Assembly (NCBI GenBank): GCA_964270895.1
Contig: OZ185448.1
DNA from: Podarcis filfolensis
Taxonomy: Eukaryota
Direction: 5' to 3' (one strand)
DNA length: 64,000 nt
Each line of letters opens with the position of its first letter. Position 1 is the first letter of the stretch. Positions 34,795 to 48,686 of the stretch are shown here, one piece after another. The position numbers were made by a program, and so were the translations under genes. The notes under the pieces were generated by a model. It did not search any database. It was not told the origin of the DNA and worked only from the letters and a program-made list of their open reading frames with translations.

Positions 34795-36848
34795 CTGAGG
34801 GAGAGAAAACAAGAGAGGTAGGGGGAGAGAATGAATGGCTGGATTACCACAATGCATTTCACATGGAGCTGCCTTGGGAGACAGTTTGGAGATCTCTAGG
34901 GTATCTGGTTGGCCCCTGTGAGAGCAGGATGCTGGACTGGATGGCACCTCCCCTGGCCTGATCCAGCTGGCCTCTTCTTTTGTTTTAATCTAGCATTAGA
35001 TTTTGTAACAAACTGCTCCCCCTCCAATAGATAGATATAAAGGTTTTGTCCCTTTTAGAACAAAGGAACCAACAGCAGCCAGAGGGGAATGGTTCTGCTA
35101 TGATCTGCTATTTTAAACCAGGACAAAGGGGAAATTCACTCCACACAGCGGCTCTCACGGCTTTGACAAACAATCACTGCCCTTTTGTTGCTAGCCTAGG
35201 ATAATGGAGCAAAGGGGATCATTTTGTTCATGCCCGGGCGCCAATTATCACCTGACAATGGAAGGCAATTAATCAGTTCATCATGTGGTGTGCTGCTGCT
35301 TTCTGCTTTGACTGTTTTCTTTTTATTATTATTTTGGGGATTTGGAGGGGAAATGTCAGCAAACTAGTTACATGGGCAAGGTAGTGATGTGCTTAGCCAA
35401 GTGCTTATCCTGGAGCAAAAACAGTGGTGAGGCTGCTCCAGAATATGCTCCCCATCTGGATTACACCTCCCCCCCCAAATACCCCTGACCTGGCTGCTCT
35501 TAGCCCCACAAAGGTGCTGAGCTCACCTATCAAACCAAAGCTGTGGTTAAGTTGTTGCTTGGTTTTTTAAAGTAATTTCTCTACTGCTCCATCACCAGCA
35601 TTTCGGCCTGTGGGGACAGTCCATAAAAATAAACCATACAGAGAATAAAACAAATTAAAAGTTAATCATAAAACCAACCACTATTTTAAAATATCTGCTG
35701 GAACAATGCACCTGAAGTTCAGCAAGGACGGGGCCTGTCTAACCTCAGGTGGGAGGGAGTTCCACAGGCTTGGTCCCACTACAGTGAATGCTTCTGGTAG
35801 ATGCACCTGAGCTATGGGTGACCACCAACAGAGACTCCCCGAAAGATCTCAGTGATTGGGCAAGGATCTAAGGAATCAGGCGAGCCTGAAGATACCCTGG
35901 AGCACAGTTGCTAAACTCACAGCATATGACCTTTAGCCAGTCACTGTCTGTCAGCCTAGATTACCTCACAAGATTGTTGTGCGGATAAAATGGAGTGAGG
36001 CGAGGGAAGCACCATGAAACCACCTTCAGCTCCTCAGAAGAAAAGGCAAAATTTAAATGTCCCCCAGAGAAGCAGACAGCCCTCTGGTGCGGGAATACAA
36101 AACCCTCGGCACTTCTGAGGGCCTCCATTTCCTAGCAACCACCCAAATGGCTTCTCTTGCCAGAGGCAGGCCCTGACTGCTCTTCCACTACAGGCTCAGC
36201 TGCCTGCCTCAAGTAGCCAACAGGAAGGTGAAGCTGGAAGGGAGCCAGAAGCCAAGGAGAGCTCTTCAAAGCCTCCCAAGGGCTTCTGGCTGGGACACTG
36301 TCTCCATTTGAACACTTGTTGTTGCCACCTGCAGCCTGCACCTTTGCAGGCAGGCCCCTGACAGTTGCTTCAAAGCTGGAGACAGGTGCAAAGAGAAAGA
36401 AGACGAGGCAAGAAAAACATGAAGCAGAGACTGAACAGTTCCTCCCCTCACCTCACAAGAGCAGGCACCGCAGCCCAAACTGAGGAGCTGCTGAGCATCA
36501 AACATTTATGGGAGCCCCTAAGAGCTGGGATCAGGTTTCCAAATTCCACAGGTTCACCTCCTCCCCTCTTTGTGCACTTCAGGAAACGTGCCAGGGGGTT
36601 GCTAAATTAATAATCAGCCACCTATCGGTGACATATTGAGTGCTGGAAGCAAAATCTGTCTTCATGAACACACCTGCCTCCTAGGTGGCCTCTCCTACCT
36701 CCCTCTCATGTGCACGCACACACATGTACTGTTGCACTGCAGGCATTAAAGATTCAGGGGAGAGAAAGCGAGAGAGTTCTGTCGCTGCAGAACAGGTGTG
36801 TTCCTGCAGAGAGGGCAATAAGAGGCAACTGCAGAGATGAGCAATTGT

Positions 36849-36850
<2 letters not shown>

Positions 36851-36898
<48 letters not shown>
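36851..36898. repeat. (TC)24 microsatellite
   Basis: Direct reading. Confidence 0.95.
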
Positions 36899-36902
<4 letters not shown>

Positions 36903-37266
36903 ACATGGGGGTTCAGGGTTTCCAAAGTATTTTTTTTCCCTGGAATTTAACCCTGCCTGATCATCTCAGATGTTGGAAGCAGCTGCTCAGTGACGAGAGA
37001 ATGCTACTCTGCACATGCTCAAAAGCATGTTTTCTTTCATGGAGAAACACTGCAGGAAGGCACCTTGCAACAAACTGACTGGAAACAGACAGAATTCAAA
37101 CACCAACATGCAGGTCTTTGACAGTGTCATAGTGTGGGCTCTGCATAAAAAGGTGAATGAACAATTCCAGGGCAATGGGCTACTGTGGAAGTGTTCAGGT
37201 GGAGCCTGACTGAGCAGAAGAGCTTCTGCTCCTAGGTCCTCCTCCCTTCAAGCTGTCATCCGTTAC

Positions 37267-37446
37267 CTCAACGAGTTTGTCCTGCGGTCGGAGTCCTGCC
37301 TTGGATGCTGGTGAATCCGGGTCTACTGACCGAATGAACTGCCCGGGCCTGGCTTTCTCACTGTGGAGGTTGAACCCGTAGCCAGTGGGGCCTTTCTTGA
37401 GATGGCAAAGTCGCGGGCAGAGGTCCTTGGGTTGCCCGTTCAGATC
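37267..37446 (-). CDS. NHERF2: NHERF2 exon 3, 180 nt (PDZ2 N-half)
   Basis: [60 protein letters not shown], containing the GYGF carboxylate-binding loop. CCAG acceptor, GTAACG donor. Confidence 0.97.
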
Positions 37447-38607
37447 CTGGATTTGGGAAGGAAAAGAGGCCATTGTTGTGTGGGATTGTTTCTTACTCTT
37501 TCTTTATAGAAATAAAAAGTGTCACACAATAAGAAAAAATGCACTAAGGAAACAGCCCTGAACAGGAGACACCCACCCATCTCCACAAGGCCAAACAGGG
37601 GCAGATTAAAAATAGACTCAATTAGAGGAAGTGCATTTGTTAAAAACCAATTGTCCAATCCCTCCTGACAGAATAAATTTAATACGCTTGCTAAGTGACA
37701 AAAGGATAAAATTAGACCCACCCGTTCAGGGCCCTCTCCCACTTCAAAGCACGCCTGACCAACCAGATCTTAAATGAAACACCCTACATAGGATTATCTG
37801 AGAGGCTAAATGCTGCCAAAAAACGGGGTGAGCTGCCTATCATTAGCTAAATGTGTGGACATTGAAAAAACAACATGTGTTCCTATCCCTTATGACTGTG
37901 GAGACTCTCCATCCTTCTGCCTTCAATTAAGAACAGAAGTAGAGCCCTGCTGGATCAAGCCAATGGCCTGTCCAATCCAGCATCCTGTTCTCCAACAGAA
38001 GAACCAACAAGACGCCCCAGTGGGAAACCCACACACAGGATTTCAGCACAAAAGCACTCTGTCCAACGGTGGTCTCCAGCAAGTAGCATTCCTTTCCTTC
38101 ATCAACACTTTTCCTTGCTGAAAGTGAACTTTTTTTCCTGTAAAATAGTCTCTGGTTTACAGCAGCATCTCCCAAGGAGCTCTTGAAAATTGCTACAGGT
38201 CAATAGGCAGACCACTTAATGTCATTCAATTGGCTGTTGTCACAATTGCAACGCATTATTCTAGATGCTACATGGTTTTGGCATCACAATTTTAATTCCC
38301 ACAATTCAAACTGCATTGCAATCCATTTCTGATTGCTTTCAAGTCACTTCCTCCCACCTGCCATTTCCAGTCTGTCCCATCACAGCTGTTGGTCGTCATC
38401 TTCACAGGCATGCTGTGGACCACCTGAATTAAACTTATGGACCACTGGTGATCCTTAGAGCACAGTTTGGAAACCCCCCTGGTTTACAGCACACCGGCAA
38501 GGCACAATTTAGAATGTAGCATTTTTCACAATCCAAAACATTAGTATATTTGAATGGATCAGACACCCTTGATTTTCAAAATCAAAACATTAACACAGTG
38601 TCCCTCA

Positions 38608-39060
38608 GAACATAAGAAGAACCTGCTGGATCAGGGCTATGGGCCATCTAGCCCAGCATCCTGGCCAACTAGTTGCCTGCGGGAAACTTGCAAGAAGCAC
38701 CTGAGCACAAGAACACTTTCCCCTCCTGTGGTTTCCAACAACCGGTTTTCAGAAGTACTGACTGGAGGCAAGAACAAAGCCATCATGGGCAATAGCTACT
38801 GATAGCCTTTTCCTCTAGTCTAGTCCTCTTCTAAAGCCTTTCATGTTGCTGGCCATCATTGCCTCCTGTGGGAGTGAGTTCCACAGTTTAACTATTCACT
38901 GCATGAAGAAGTACTTTCCAACATTCAACATTCATTAGATGTCCACAAGTTCTAGTGCCTTGAGAGACTTCTATCATGTCATCTCTTTCTTGCCTCCTTT
39001 TCTGTAAACTAAGAAGTCCCAAACACTGCAAGCTTTCTTCACAGGGCAGTCACTCCATTG
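38608..39060 (-). mobile_element. CR1 3' end fragment (part of duplicated cassette)
   Basis: AACATAAGAAGAACCTGCTGGATCAGG terminus plus 3' UTR and ORF2 end. Confidence 0.8.
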
Positions 39061-40911
39061 CCTTGATCCACTAATAACTTTACTCAGAGCAGACCCATTG
39101 TTAACTTGGGAAACATGATTAACTTAGGTTCATTATTTTCAGTGGGTCTAAGAAGAACTTAGCTGGAGACAACACCTATGCAAAGAAATTCAAGTGCTTG
39201 GTGAGTCCTAGAAATCTGTGGCTTTTCACACATCAGTGTTTTTTCTCTTCCAAAAGGTTGTGGGTTTCCTGTGAGCGAACCACAGGTACCACAAGAACAC
39301 CACAGGGCCACAAACAAGTGAGGTGACATATCTGGGGAGAGGCAGTTGTGGCTGGGGGGGACCGTTCCCATGTCAACACAAAGTCTTTACTATTTGAGCA
39401 GTGTTGGGCTGAGTTCAGCACTGGGGCAATTGCATCTTGGAGACCCCTGCCTTAGCATTTCACCCTTTTAAAAAAGGTGCAATATTATATCAGCTGTTTT
39501 TTTTCTTTCTTTTACAGGAAATAGTGCCGCAAGGTGGAATAAGCACAAGGCCTGCGGCAGACAGTGGAAGCTCAAGTGGGTTATCTGGGACCCAAACAAG
39601 GCACCCAGCAGAGTCACCAGAGCAGAGGCTTTAATGTTGTCAGCACAGGCTATCTTTCCCCAACCTCTTACCTTCAGAATTTTGGTCTGTAAGCCAATGA
39701 CTTACAAACCATGGTTTGTTGTTAGAAAACAAACCATTGTTGCACCACTGGGAAGGGTTTGCACCTAAAACTAAATCATGGTTTTCACAAACATGTGTAT
39801 TCTAGGAGAAATTCTAACTAAACCACTGGTGAATTTTCACACCCACTTAAAAAAAAATAATTTGCAACCTGATGTGTAAACGTGGAGAACTGAAGATTGG
39901 GGGGAGGGGGGGAGAAAATGGGAGAAAAACCGAAACTGAAAGATTTGCCCATCGCTTGTGTGAGTAACATGTCCTGAGATGAGGGCAGATCAAACGCTGG
40001 GATCCCCTTTCTTCCTCCTTTAGCCCTGCCAGGCATGCCAGCAAATTAGCAGGCTGATGACCTTCTGCAAATTATGTTCTCTTTGGTACCTTAATCACAT
40101 TTGAGATGCCTCTCCAGATTTACAAAGACAAAACGCCTGAAAATGAAAGCCTGCCAAGTTTCTTGGCACAGACGCCCTTGTCCCCCGAAATGAGAGCTGA
40201 GTGATGACACACAGGCGATAATTCCATTGCGAGATAGCAAGAGAGGGCCTGCACCCGCCCCTAATCTGCACCAGGTGGCCTGCAGAGAACAGCAGCGCAT
40301 ACACAGCAAGAGAGGCTGTGTGGAGCAATGGGAAGAGTCTCTTGATTCTGGCCAGGATTCAGATCTTCTGCTTAGCTGCTACTGACAATGGCTCACTGGT
40401 AGAGCATTTGCTTTGCACACAAAAGGTCCCAGGTTCAGTCCCTGACACTTTCAGGTGACCCTGGGAGAGATCCCCTGTGCCAGACCCTGCAGAGCTGCTG
40501 CCAGTCAGTGCAGTCACTACTGAGCTAGAATGGCCAACAGTTTGACTTGAAAAAAGACCGCTTCCTGTTATTTTAGGGGGCAAACTGTAGCTCAGCAATA
40601 TACCACTGCAACTGATATTATTATTATTATTACTCACCCATCACCAGCAGATACCAGGGCAGATTACAACAATTAAAATTCAGGATTAAAAATAGTTATA
40701 TTGCATTTTGAGGAATAGGATGGGACCTAAAAACGCACATCTCAGGTGTCAAAGGCCAGGGTAAAGAGGCATGTCTTCAACATTTGTCAAAATCCATATA
40801 GTGAAGAAGCTGGGTATGCGTCTGTGGGGAGACAATTCCAAAATTCAGGGACTGCTATAAAAAAGGCCTTCTCCTGGGCTGCCACCATGCACTTGGGCAC
40901 CTTTCCATGCA

Positions 40912-41074
40912 CTGCTCTGGTTCGCCAGAAGCGGCTTAGTCATGCTGGCCACATGACCCAGAAGCTGTCTGCGGACAAACGCCGGGCTCCCTCAGCCTAT
41001 ATAGAGCGAGATGAGCGCCGCAACCCCAAAATCGTCCATGACTGGAACTAACGGTCAGGGATACCTTTAGCTTT
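40912..41074 (+). mobile_element. Sauria-type SINE, 5'-truncated
   Basis: CTGCTCTGGTTCGCCAGAAGCGGCTTAGTCATGCTGGCCAC...ACCTTTA, matching the 3' half of the other copies. Confidence 0.85.
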
Positions 41075-42527
41075 AAGATACCATAACCAAATTTTGCATG
41101 ATGGTTCCTGAGATGAATGTTTCCTGTCTATCTTTGCATACAACTAGATGCCATTCGAAGTAAGATTGCGGACCGTACTTTTCAAAACTGGTTTTGTTTC
41201 TTAGAATTCCTGAGCAACACCAGGTACGAGGCTGCTAGCGATAAATAAAGTGTTCTCTCTTTTCCCTCCTCCTCTCCAGCACATTTGCCAGAGAAAAGAG
41301 TTACCACCTGATGACAACTCCCCAAGGTTTGGCTGCAAATTATCTCTGAAGAAAAAAATGGTGTGTAAACAATCCAATTACAAAGAATAGTTTCCAAATG
41401 GCTGTCTGTACAGGAGGAGAAAGGAGCAGATTTTCTATTTACCTGCCTTTTTCTTTACAAAGAAGGGTCCCTCGATAGATGCTAATGCAAATAACATTTT
41501 TCAAAATACTCCTCGGAGGCTTGGATGTTGTAGAGCTGGGGTGGTAACTTGAGGTTACTAATGGGCTACAGCCCCCATCAGCCAGCATGGCCAGTGGTCA
41601 AGGATGATGGGAACTGTACATCAGCAACATCAGAGGGTCCATGGGTTAGCGCCCCCAACCGATTTAGGGATCCCAGGTTCCTTAAATGGCTCCCATCCTT
41701 TATTAAGACAGATGAGTAGAAGGGTGAATTTTTGCCCATGAAGCTTCTCCCTCTATGGTGCTACAATGAGGAGAAAAGCTGTCCAGCTATTAAGAGCAGC
41801 AGAAGAGGCCCTGCTCAGAATTCTTTCCTGCCACAAGCTAGAAGTGAGAGTTGTTCAGTTATGGGAACTTCCTTCTACGGGGCTCCCTGCCTTGGACCCA
41901 GCTAGCAAAAGGAGAGAGAGAAATGAGCCCTGAAAATGGTGTCAGATGTGTAAAAACTACAATAAGGATACCAAACATCCAACCAGCTCAACAAAGAAAC
42001 AGGTGGTTTCAGTTCAAAAGGGCATTGGGTTTTGCCTTGGAACTAACCTGCAGGAATTCAAGAGGCAATTTAATGTTTTGTTCCCTACTAAGTGGAAGCC
42101 CACAAGGAAGCTTTTACTACAAGCTACAAAAGCAGTCTGTATTATTTATTGTTATTATTTATCAGTGCTATTTTTCAAGAAAAATAGAATACCTCCCTTA
42201 TTCTCTTATAAAAGCAATGACGCTCACCTGAGAGGTGCCGGAACTGAGTTCCGGCTGAAAAAAACACCCTGATTATTATTATTTTGATTTGTTTTTAAAT
42301 GTATCTGAATCTGATCATTAAAGTAAGACTTTACTGTTTCTACCCCTTGGAGGAAAGTCTCCACATTCTTGCCTTCCTCTCCAATTTCTTCATCACCCCT
42401 CTCCTTGCTGATATTTCAAGGAACACTTCTCCCTTTATGAACCGACCCACAACCTGTGATCATCATCTGAGGCCCTTCCTCCTATGCTCCCTCCACAAGA
42501 GGCCCAGAGGGTAGTAACAGAATAAGT

Positions 42528-42663
42528 CAGGCTTCCTCAACCTTGGCCCTCCAGATGTTTTGAGACTACCATTCCCATCATCCCTGACCACTGGTCCTGC
42601 TAGCTAGGGATCATGGGAGTTGTAGGCCAAAAACATCTGGAGGGCTGAGGTTGAGGAAGCCTG
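42528..42663. mobile_element. Palindromic hAT MITE
   Basis: TIR CAGGCTTCCTCAACC and long internal inverted arms. Perfect 8-bp TSD GAATAAGT (42520-42527, 42664-42671). Many degenerate relatives (e.g. about 16500, 20860, 21760, 30180, 53310, 59590). Confidence 0.88.
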
Positions 42664-44282
42664 GAATAAGTCCTTTTCAGTGGTGGCTCCCTGTTCGTGG
42701 AATACTCTCCCCAGAAAGGCTTGCCTGGAACCTTCTTTGTCTAGTTTCAGGTGCCATCCCATAACATTGGATGACCATCTGTTGGGGGTTCTTTAGTTGT
42801 GATTCTTGCGTTGCAGGGGGCTGCAGTCCAACAACCTCTGGAGGGCCACAGCCTCCCCATATCCATGTTAGAGAGAAAGCAAAAATTTGTGGGCAGAGGT
42901 GGCTGGGAATCTGGAATCATGGATACTTGTCTCTTTGGAAATCGACAGCAGATAGCCTCTTATCATGGGAGAGGCAAATCGGGGCTTACCACACAGATAT
43001 TCAGGGTAAATGTTTGTGTATCCTCTTAATCAACAGTTAAATTGCCTTGAAGGTTATTTTGCTGGTGTGGCAGGGTAACAATAAATAAACCCAATGTAAT
43101 CTAATCTAAAGCAGATTCCAGCATTGTATTCCACGGTTTGGCTGTTTGTCTTCCACAGTAAAGCAGGATGTCATGTTATTTATTTCTAGCAAGACAGATT
43201 AATGCTGGATTGCGTTCAATTCCTCCTCCCCCTCCCCCTTTATTTGCTCTGCGCTCCATCATGTGATTTCTCACGTAAATACTCACCATTAGTGAGAAAT
43301 ATGCTAGGTATGAAGTCAGATGAGCCCAAGTGAAGGGCCTTTTTTAAATAACTTATTCTTATTTTTTCCCAAGAGGCAGAACAAATGCAGGGATAGCTGA
43401 AATATTTGGAAAATGAATACAGTATGAACATAAGGAGCTGCCTCATACCGAGTCAGACCATTAGTCCATCTTGTTCAGGGTCGCCTGCACTGACCGGCAG
43501 CTGCTCCCCAGGGTTACAAATAGGGAGCCTTCTCTCAGCCCTCCCTGGAAGTGCCAGTGATCACATCAAAGACTTTTCACACACAAAGTTCTTGCACGGT
43601 CTTTCCTACAATAGTTGCCTTATCAAATCACTGGTCCATCTAGCCTGCAAAGTCCTACTCTGATAGGCAGGGGATCTCAGGCAAAGAACGCTCCTTCCCA
43701 TACACTGGCACCCTGCTCCTTTGAGCTGTACATTCCAGACACTGAATATGGAAACTTCAGATTGCAAAAGGAATATTTATATGCCATGGCATGCAGAAGG
43801 TCCCAGGTTCAATCCTTGATGCCGTTTCCAGGTACAGCTAGAAAAGATCCCTTCCTGGAACCCTGGAGAACCACTGCTGCCAGCCAGTTTAGACAATACT
43901 GAACTAGGTGATCCAACGGTGATGGTTTCATTTATTTATTTATAAAATATATTTATATACTGCCATATAATTTAAAAAGAACAAGAAAAGGTTTACAACA
44001 CTATCCGTATGTAATTAAAAAACATGTAAAAAAATTAAAATCAACGGCCATCAACTTAATGTTATGGAAACATGTTTAAGACCCAGGTCACTAGTCAAAA
44101 TGGTGGCAAGCCCAGTTAGCAGAACTTGTGATGTTAAGATTTGACATGGAATACCAGGGTTCAAATTCCCCCCTCAGCCATGAAGCTCACTGGGCAACCT
44201 TGAGCCTGTCACTGCTTCTCAGCAAAACCTACTTCATACGGTTGTTACGAGGCTAACATGGGAAGGAGGAAAACTATGTATA

Positions 44283-44510
44283 CAGTCGTACCTTGGAAGT
44301 CGAATCGACTTCCAAAATGTTCAAAAACCAAATTGTGGCTTCTGATTGGCTGCAGGAAGCTCCTTCAGCCAATCAGAAGCCCTGGAAGCCCCGTCAGACA
44401 TTTAGATTCCAAAAGAACATTCGCAAATCGGAACAATCACTTCCGGGTTTGCGGTGTTCGGGAGCCGAAACGTCCAACTTCCAGGGCGTTCAGGATCCAA
44501 GGTACGACTG
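44283..44510. mobile_element. Tc1/mariner (pogo/Tigger-like) MITE
   Basis: Perfect 15-bp TIR CAGTCGTACCTTGGA with TA duplicated on both sides (44281-44282, 44511-44512). Confidence 0.9.
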
Positions 44511-45689
44511 TACCACCTTGAACTCCTTGGATAAATACAATCAAACAAACAAACAAACAAACAAACCACAAACTGTCAATTACCACCACCACCATCAATC
44601 TCTTTCTCTCTCTAGGAAACACAATGTTTTGGATAAAGGAGCACAGCATTGTATCACAAAGTCAGGCCAATGTAACATGTACAATTCTCTGTCCCTCCAT
44701 AGCAACCACATTACTAGGTCAGCGGATATTATCTGGTCCGATTGAGTTTGTCTTTAACGGTTCATATCATCCTGTGCAACACACACACAGCTGTCTCATC
44801 TTTCCTGACCAATGTAACAAACTCAGGATATTTCCCAGGGCCTGCAAGCCAGCAAGTTCGTGAGTATCTGCAAATATTTCCAGCCTGCCTTAGAGAATTC
44901 TTCAAAAACTGCAGAAAACAGGAAATGATTTAACTGGTTGAATAATATTGGAACTCTGAGCTTTCTCGACCCCAAAGGACACATTTTAACAAGAACGGGG
45001 GGGTGGGGGGCTTTGAACCTGGGCTGGAGGGGAGAGAGAATAATCCTATTTGAATTATTATTATTATTTTAGAAAAACTGAAATGACACAGTTCAAAGAT
45101 CCATTACTGAAAGGGCCTTGTTGGGATTTTATTAGAGTTTTAACTGGAGCTGATATGAAATTTTGTTAGCTTTGAATTACCGGCCTTGGCAACCACCCCC
45201 AATCATCTCTGTGTTTATCAAAATACAAACTGTATTCTGACGTTTAAAAAACAAAAGCAAATCTTGGCTACATTCCCTTGGCCCCTTACCTTCCAGGGAA
45301 AATAAGGATTTTCTCATATCTGTTCCTGGGAACGCACAATTTATAGTTAGCCTTTGCAGATTTTGGAGATAGTTTGAAAAAACACACAACCAGGTCCGCT
45401 CAGAAATCCAGAGAGATGGGTAGGATTGGACAAATCTTAAGTTCAGCTCACTACACTTCCACATCAGAAAAAAAGGTTCTAATGGAAATTCAGCAGAATT
45501 TCAGTGTGCATTCTCCTTAATATGCCAATCCTGCGCAGTGTAATTTCTCAATGCATTTTTTAAAATGTTGTTTTCACTAATATATGTAATTTATGCACAC
45601 TTCCCTTAAGATATGCATTTTCATATACTTTTTTGGGGGGGGGAGAGAATGCCTCTTGCTTTTAATATTTGAAGCTTTTAATGTTTGAA

Positions 45690-45777
45690 GCTTTTAATGT
45701 TTGACGGACTACTGTATTTTAATATTTTGTTGTAAGCCGCTCAGAGTGTCTGGGGAAACCCAGCCAGATGGGCAGTA

Positions 45778-45810
<33 letters not shown>

Positions 45811-45826
45811 CATTATTATCATTATT

Positions 45827-45859
<33 letters not shown>
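45690..45859 (+). mobile_element. L2 3' tail with compound (ATT)n/(ATC)n microsatellite
   Basis: GTAAGCCGCTCAGAGTGTCTGGGGAAACCCAGCCAGATGGG followed by the repeat at 45779-45859. Confidence 0.8.
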
Positions 45860-45863
<4 letters not shown>

Positions 45864-48338
45864 CGGAGAGGGATGTTAAGAGTATGCATAGAAACTAGGC
45901 TAGTGTAACCAGGTAATTTTTTTGCCCCACCTACTTTGGCCTCTGGCTCTGCCCACCGCACACATGTGGCCCCATACAATTCCCAAAAAGGGAATGTGGC
46001 CCTCTGGCTAAAGCAGGTTACCTGACCCTGAAATGCAATAAGTAAGGGCATGCTCCTCCAACAGCACAGCAGATAAATCTCAGTTTGGGCCCAGTGGTTA
46101 ATCCTACTCAGAGCAGACCCACTGAAATTGATGGACTTATTGTTTCATTAATTTCAATAGGTCTACTTTGAATAGAACATAGTTGGCTACAAGCCCTCAA
46201 TTAACAGTTTCCTGGGCTACCACCCAAGCTCATGTGTAAATTACGTCTGAGTAGTGGCAATGGTGCCTGAATTTCTAGCCTTGTCGACAGGTTCATCGTG
46301 GTTATTTGGACTCTTGTGGCAGAATACTTTTCATTTCTTATTATGGAAAAGCAAAACCTCCTCAGCATATTTTGCTCCAGACTCAGCACCATAAACATTG
46401 GCACTGGCCTTGATTAACGAGGCGACGTCTGGACAATTAATTAGTCAGGTGTCAGCACTTTAGAGCAAGGAAAATCCATTCTCGGGAGCGCCAGATACAG
46501 CTCCACAGAGATTTTAAAGGGGAGGTGGGGAAAGTCCTACAATTTATGCTTGTTTTCTAGCTCTCAGGGATGGGAATGAGCATTACAAAGCAGCAAAGGG
46601 GGTGTCTGCAATTTATAAGAGCACAGGAAACACTGTGCTTTAGAGAAAAAAATTAAACATATTCAAACACTTTACCTCAGAAACTCCAAAGACTGCAAGT
46701 ACAAAAGCATCCGGCACATCAATAAAATGTAATGTTGACTTGAAGAAGCTTGGGGGGGTAATTAAATTTCCCAGCAAGAAAAAATGAGTAAATAATTTAA
46801 TAAGAGCTGGAAGGACCCTGGCACAGGCATGTCAACAAGAAGCACCTAATGATATCCTGAGATGAGTTAAGGATAGTCTCAGGAGAACCAAGCGTGTGTT
46901 TTTATTCCTTGCAAAAAGGTAGCTTCTCAGCCTAACCTACCTCACAGGGTTGTTGTGTGGATAAAACGGATGGGGCTGATGGGAATGTTGTAAGAAATAG
47001 TAGTCCAAAACATCTTCAAGGCACCAGACTGGGAGAGGGTGTCCTAAAAAGCTTTTGCTGAACTCTGGCATTTCAGAGCAGACTGTTTTAAAATGCTCCA
47101 GCGAAGCCCTAAAAAACACACACACACAGATGCCAGCCAAGGACTTGTCTCATGTTCCCTTCCTGCCATCTCTTCTGAAATATCTTCAGCTCCCTTGCTA
47201 GTCATCCCAGTTGGCAAGGCCACCTTCACAATGTACATTAAAAGCACTATGGTACCACTTCAAACAGCCATAGCTTCTTCACCCAATGAATTCTGGGAGC
47301 TGTAGTTTGTTAAGGATGCTAAGGGTTTTTAGGAGTCCTGCATTCCCGTTGCAAAGCTACAATTCCCAGAGTGGTTCAGCAGTCAGTATCTCTTCATAAG
47401 GAACTCTGGGAAATGCAGCTCTGGGAGAGGAATAGCGACTTCCTAATACTATTCAGCACCCTTCACAGAGTACAGCTCTCAGGAATCTTTGGGTGGAAGC
47501 CATGACAGTTCAAAGAAGCATCACAGTATATTAAATGTATGGTGTGAATGTGGCCTTGGAGCAGTTTGCATGGGACCTCCAGAGGTCCGCCATCCAGGTT
47601 ACTGACTGGGGCCATGTCCAGGGAACTTCTTGCAATGCTTCAGTATCAAGGTATCTGGAGACAGTTTGAGGCAATGGTATGGGGGGCTTGCCATCCACGT
47701 CCCTTATGACAATGACACACCACACAGCAATTGACATTATGAAGAGCAGAAAAGGCCACTCCTAACTGACATCTAAGTTGGACATTTTAATATACAGAGC
47801 CTTTCGGTGTGTGGAAATTAAATACGAACAATAACTTTTTGTACGAGGAAGCGGTTCACATTACATGTAACCCAAGACCTCAGTGTAACGGGAGGAGCGG
47901 CAGCAAAGTAATATTTTAAACGCTCACACAGAATGGACGCCTCGGAACGAAGCAAGAGGAAGGATCCTAAGCTGTGAGAAACTGGCTACAAGCTCCGTCA
48001 TTCCCAGAGGCTGCAAACACCAGTGGGAGCCTCTAGACTTCCTGCCAATGACCTGGCACCGGCTGCTTTATTCTGAATTTATTTTATTTATTTATCACAT
48101 TTATATCCCACTTTCCCCCCTCCATTTAATCCTCACAACAACCCTGTGAGGTAGGTTAGACTGAGAGGCAGCGACTGACCTAAGGTCACCCAGTGAGCTT
48201 CATAATGGTCCTAGAACCTCGGCGTCCAGATTCCTACTCTGACACACCACTTCATTCCTACATTTGCTTTTCATACAGCTATTTGTTTTATGTATAAAAA
48301 GCCGAATATCATAGCATATTTAGTAATATTTATAGTAC

Positions 48339-48686
48339 GGGACACAGGTGGTGCTGTGGGTTAAACCACAGAGATTAGGGCTTGCCAATCAGAAGGTCAG
48401 CGGTTCGAATCCCCATGACGGGGTGAGCTCCCGTTGCTCTGTCCCAGCTTCTGCCAACCTAGCAGTTCAAAAGCATACCGGTGCAAGTAGATAAATAGGT
48501 ACCACTCCGGCGGGAAGGCAAACGGCATTTCTGTGTGCTGCTCTGGTTCGCCAGAAGCAGCTTAGTCATGCTGGCCACATGACCCGGAAGCTGTAAGCTA
48601 GCTCCCTCAGCCAATAAAGCGAGATGAGCGCCACAACCCCAGAGTCGTCCAAAACTGGACCTAATGGTCAGGAGTCCCTTTACCTT
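48339..48686 (+). mobile_element. Sauria-type SINE, full length, with TSD
   Basis: Complete element. TSD TAATATTTATA (48324-48334, 48687-48697), extendable to 14 bp with one mismatch. Confidence 0.92.

Noticed and set aside
36230-36482. Stop-free plus-strand frame ending ...GAKRKKTRQEKHEAETEQFLPSPHKSRHRSPN*
   Set aside because: Protein-like but has no start or strong acceptor, is antisense within NHERF2 intron 3, and has no recognised homology.
40372-40450. tRNA-like sequences (also near 8232, 26190, 26335 and in SINE heads)
   Set aside because: Each is degenerate and runs straight into a SINE body, so these are SINE heads, not tRNA genes.
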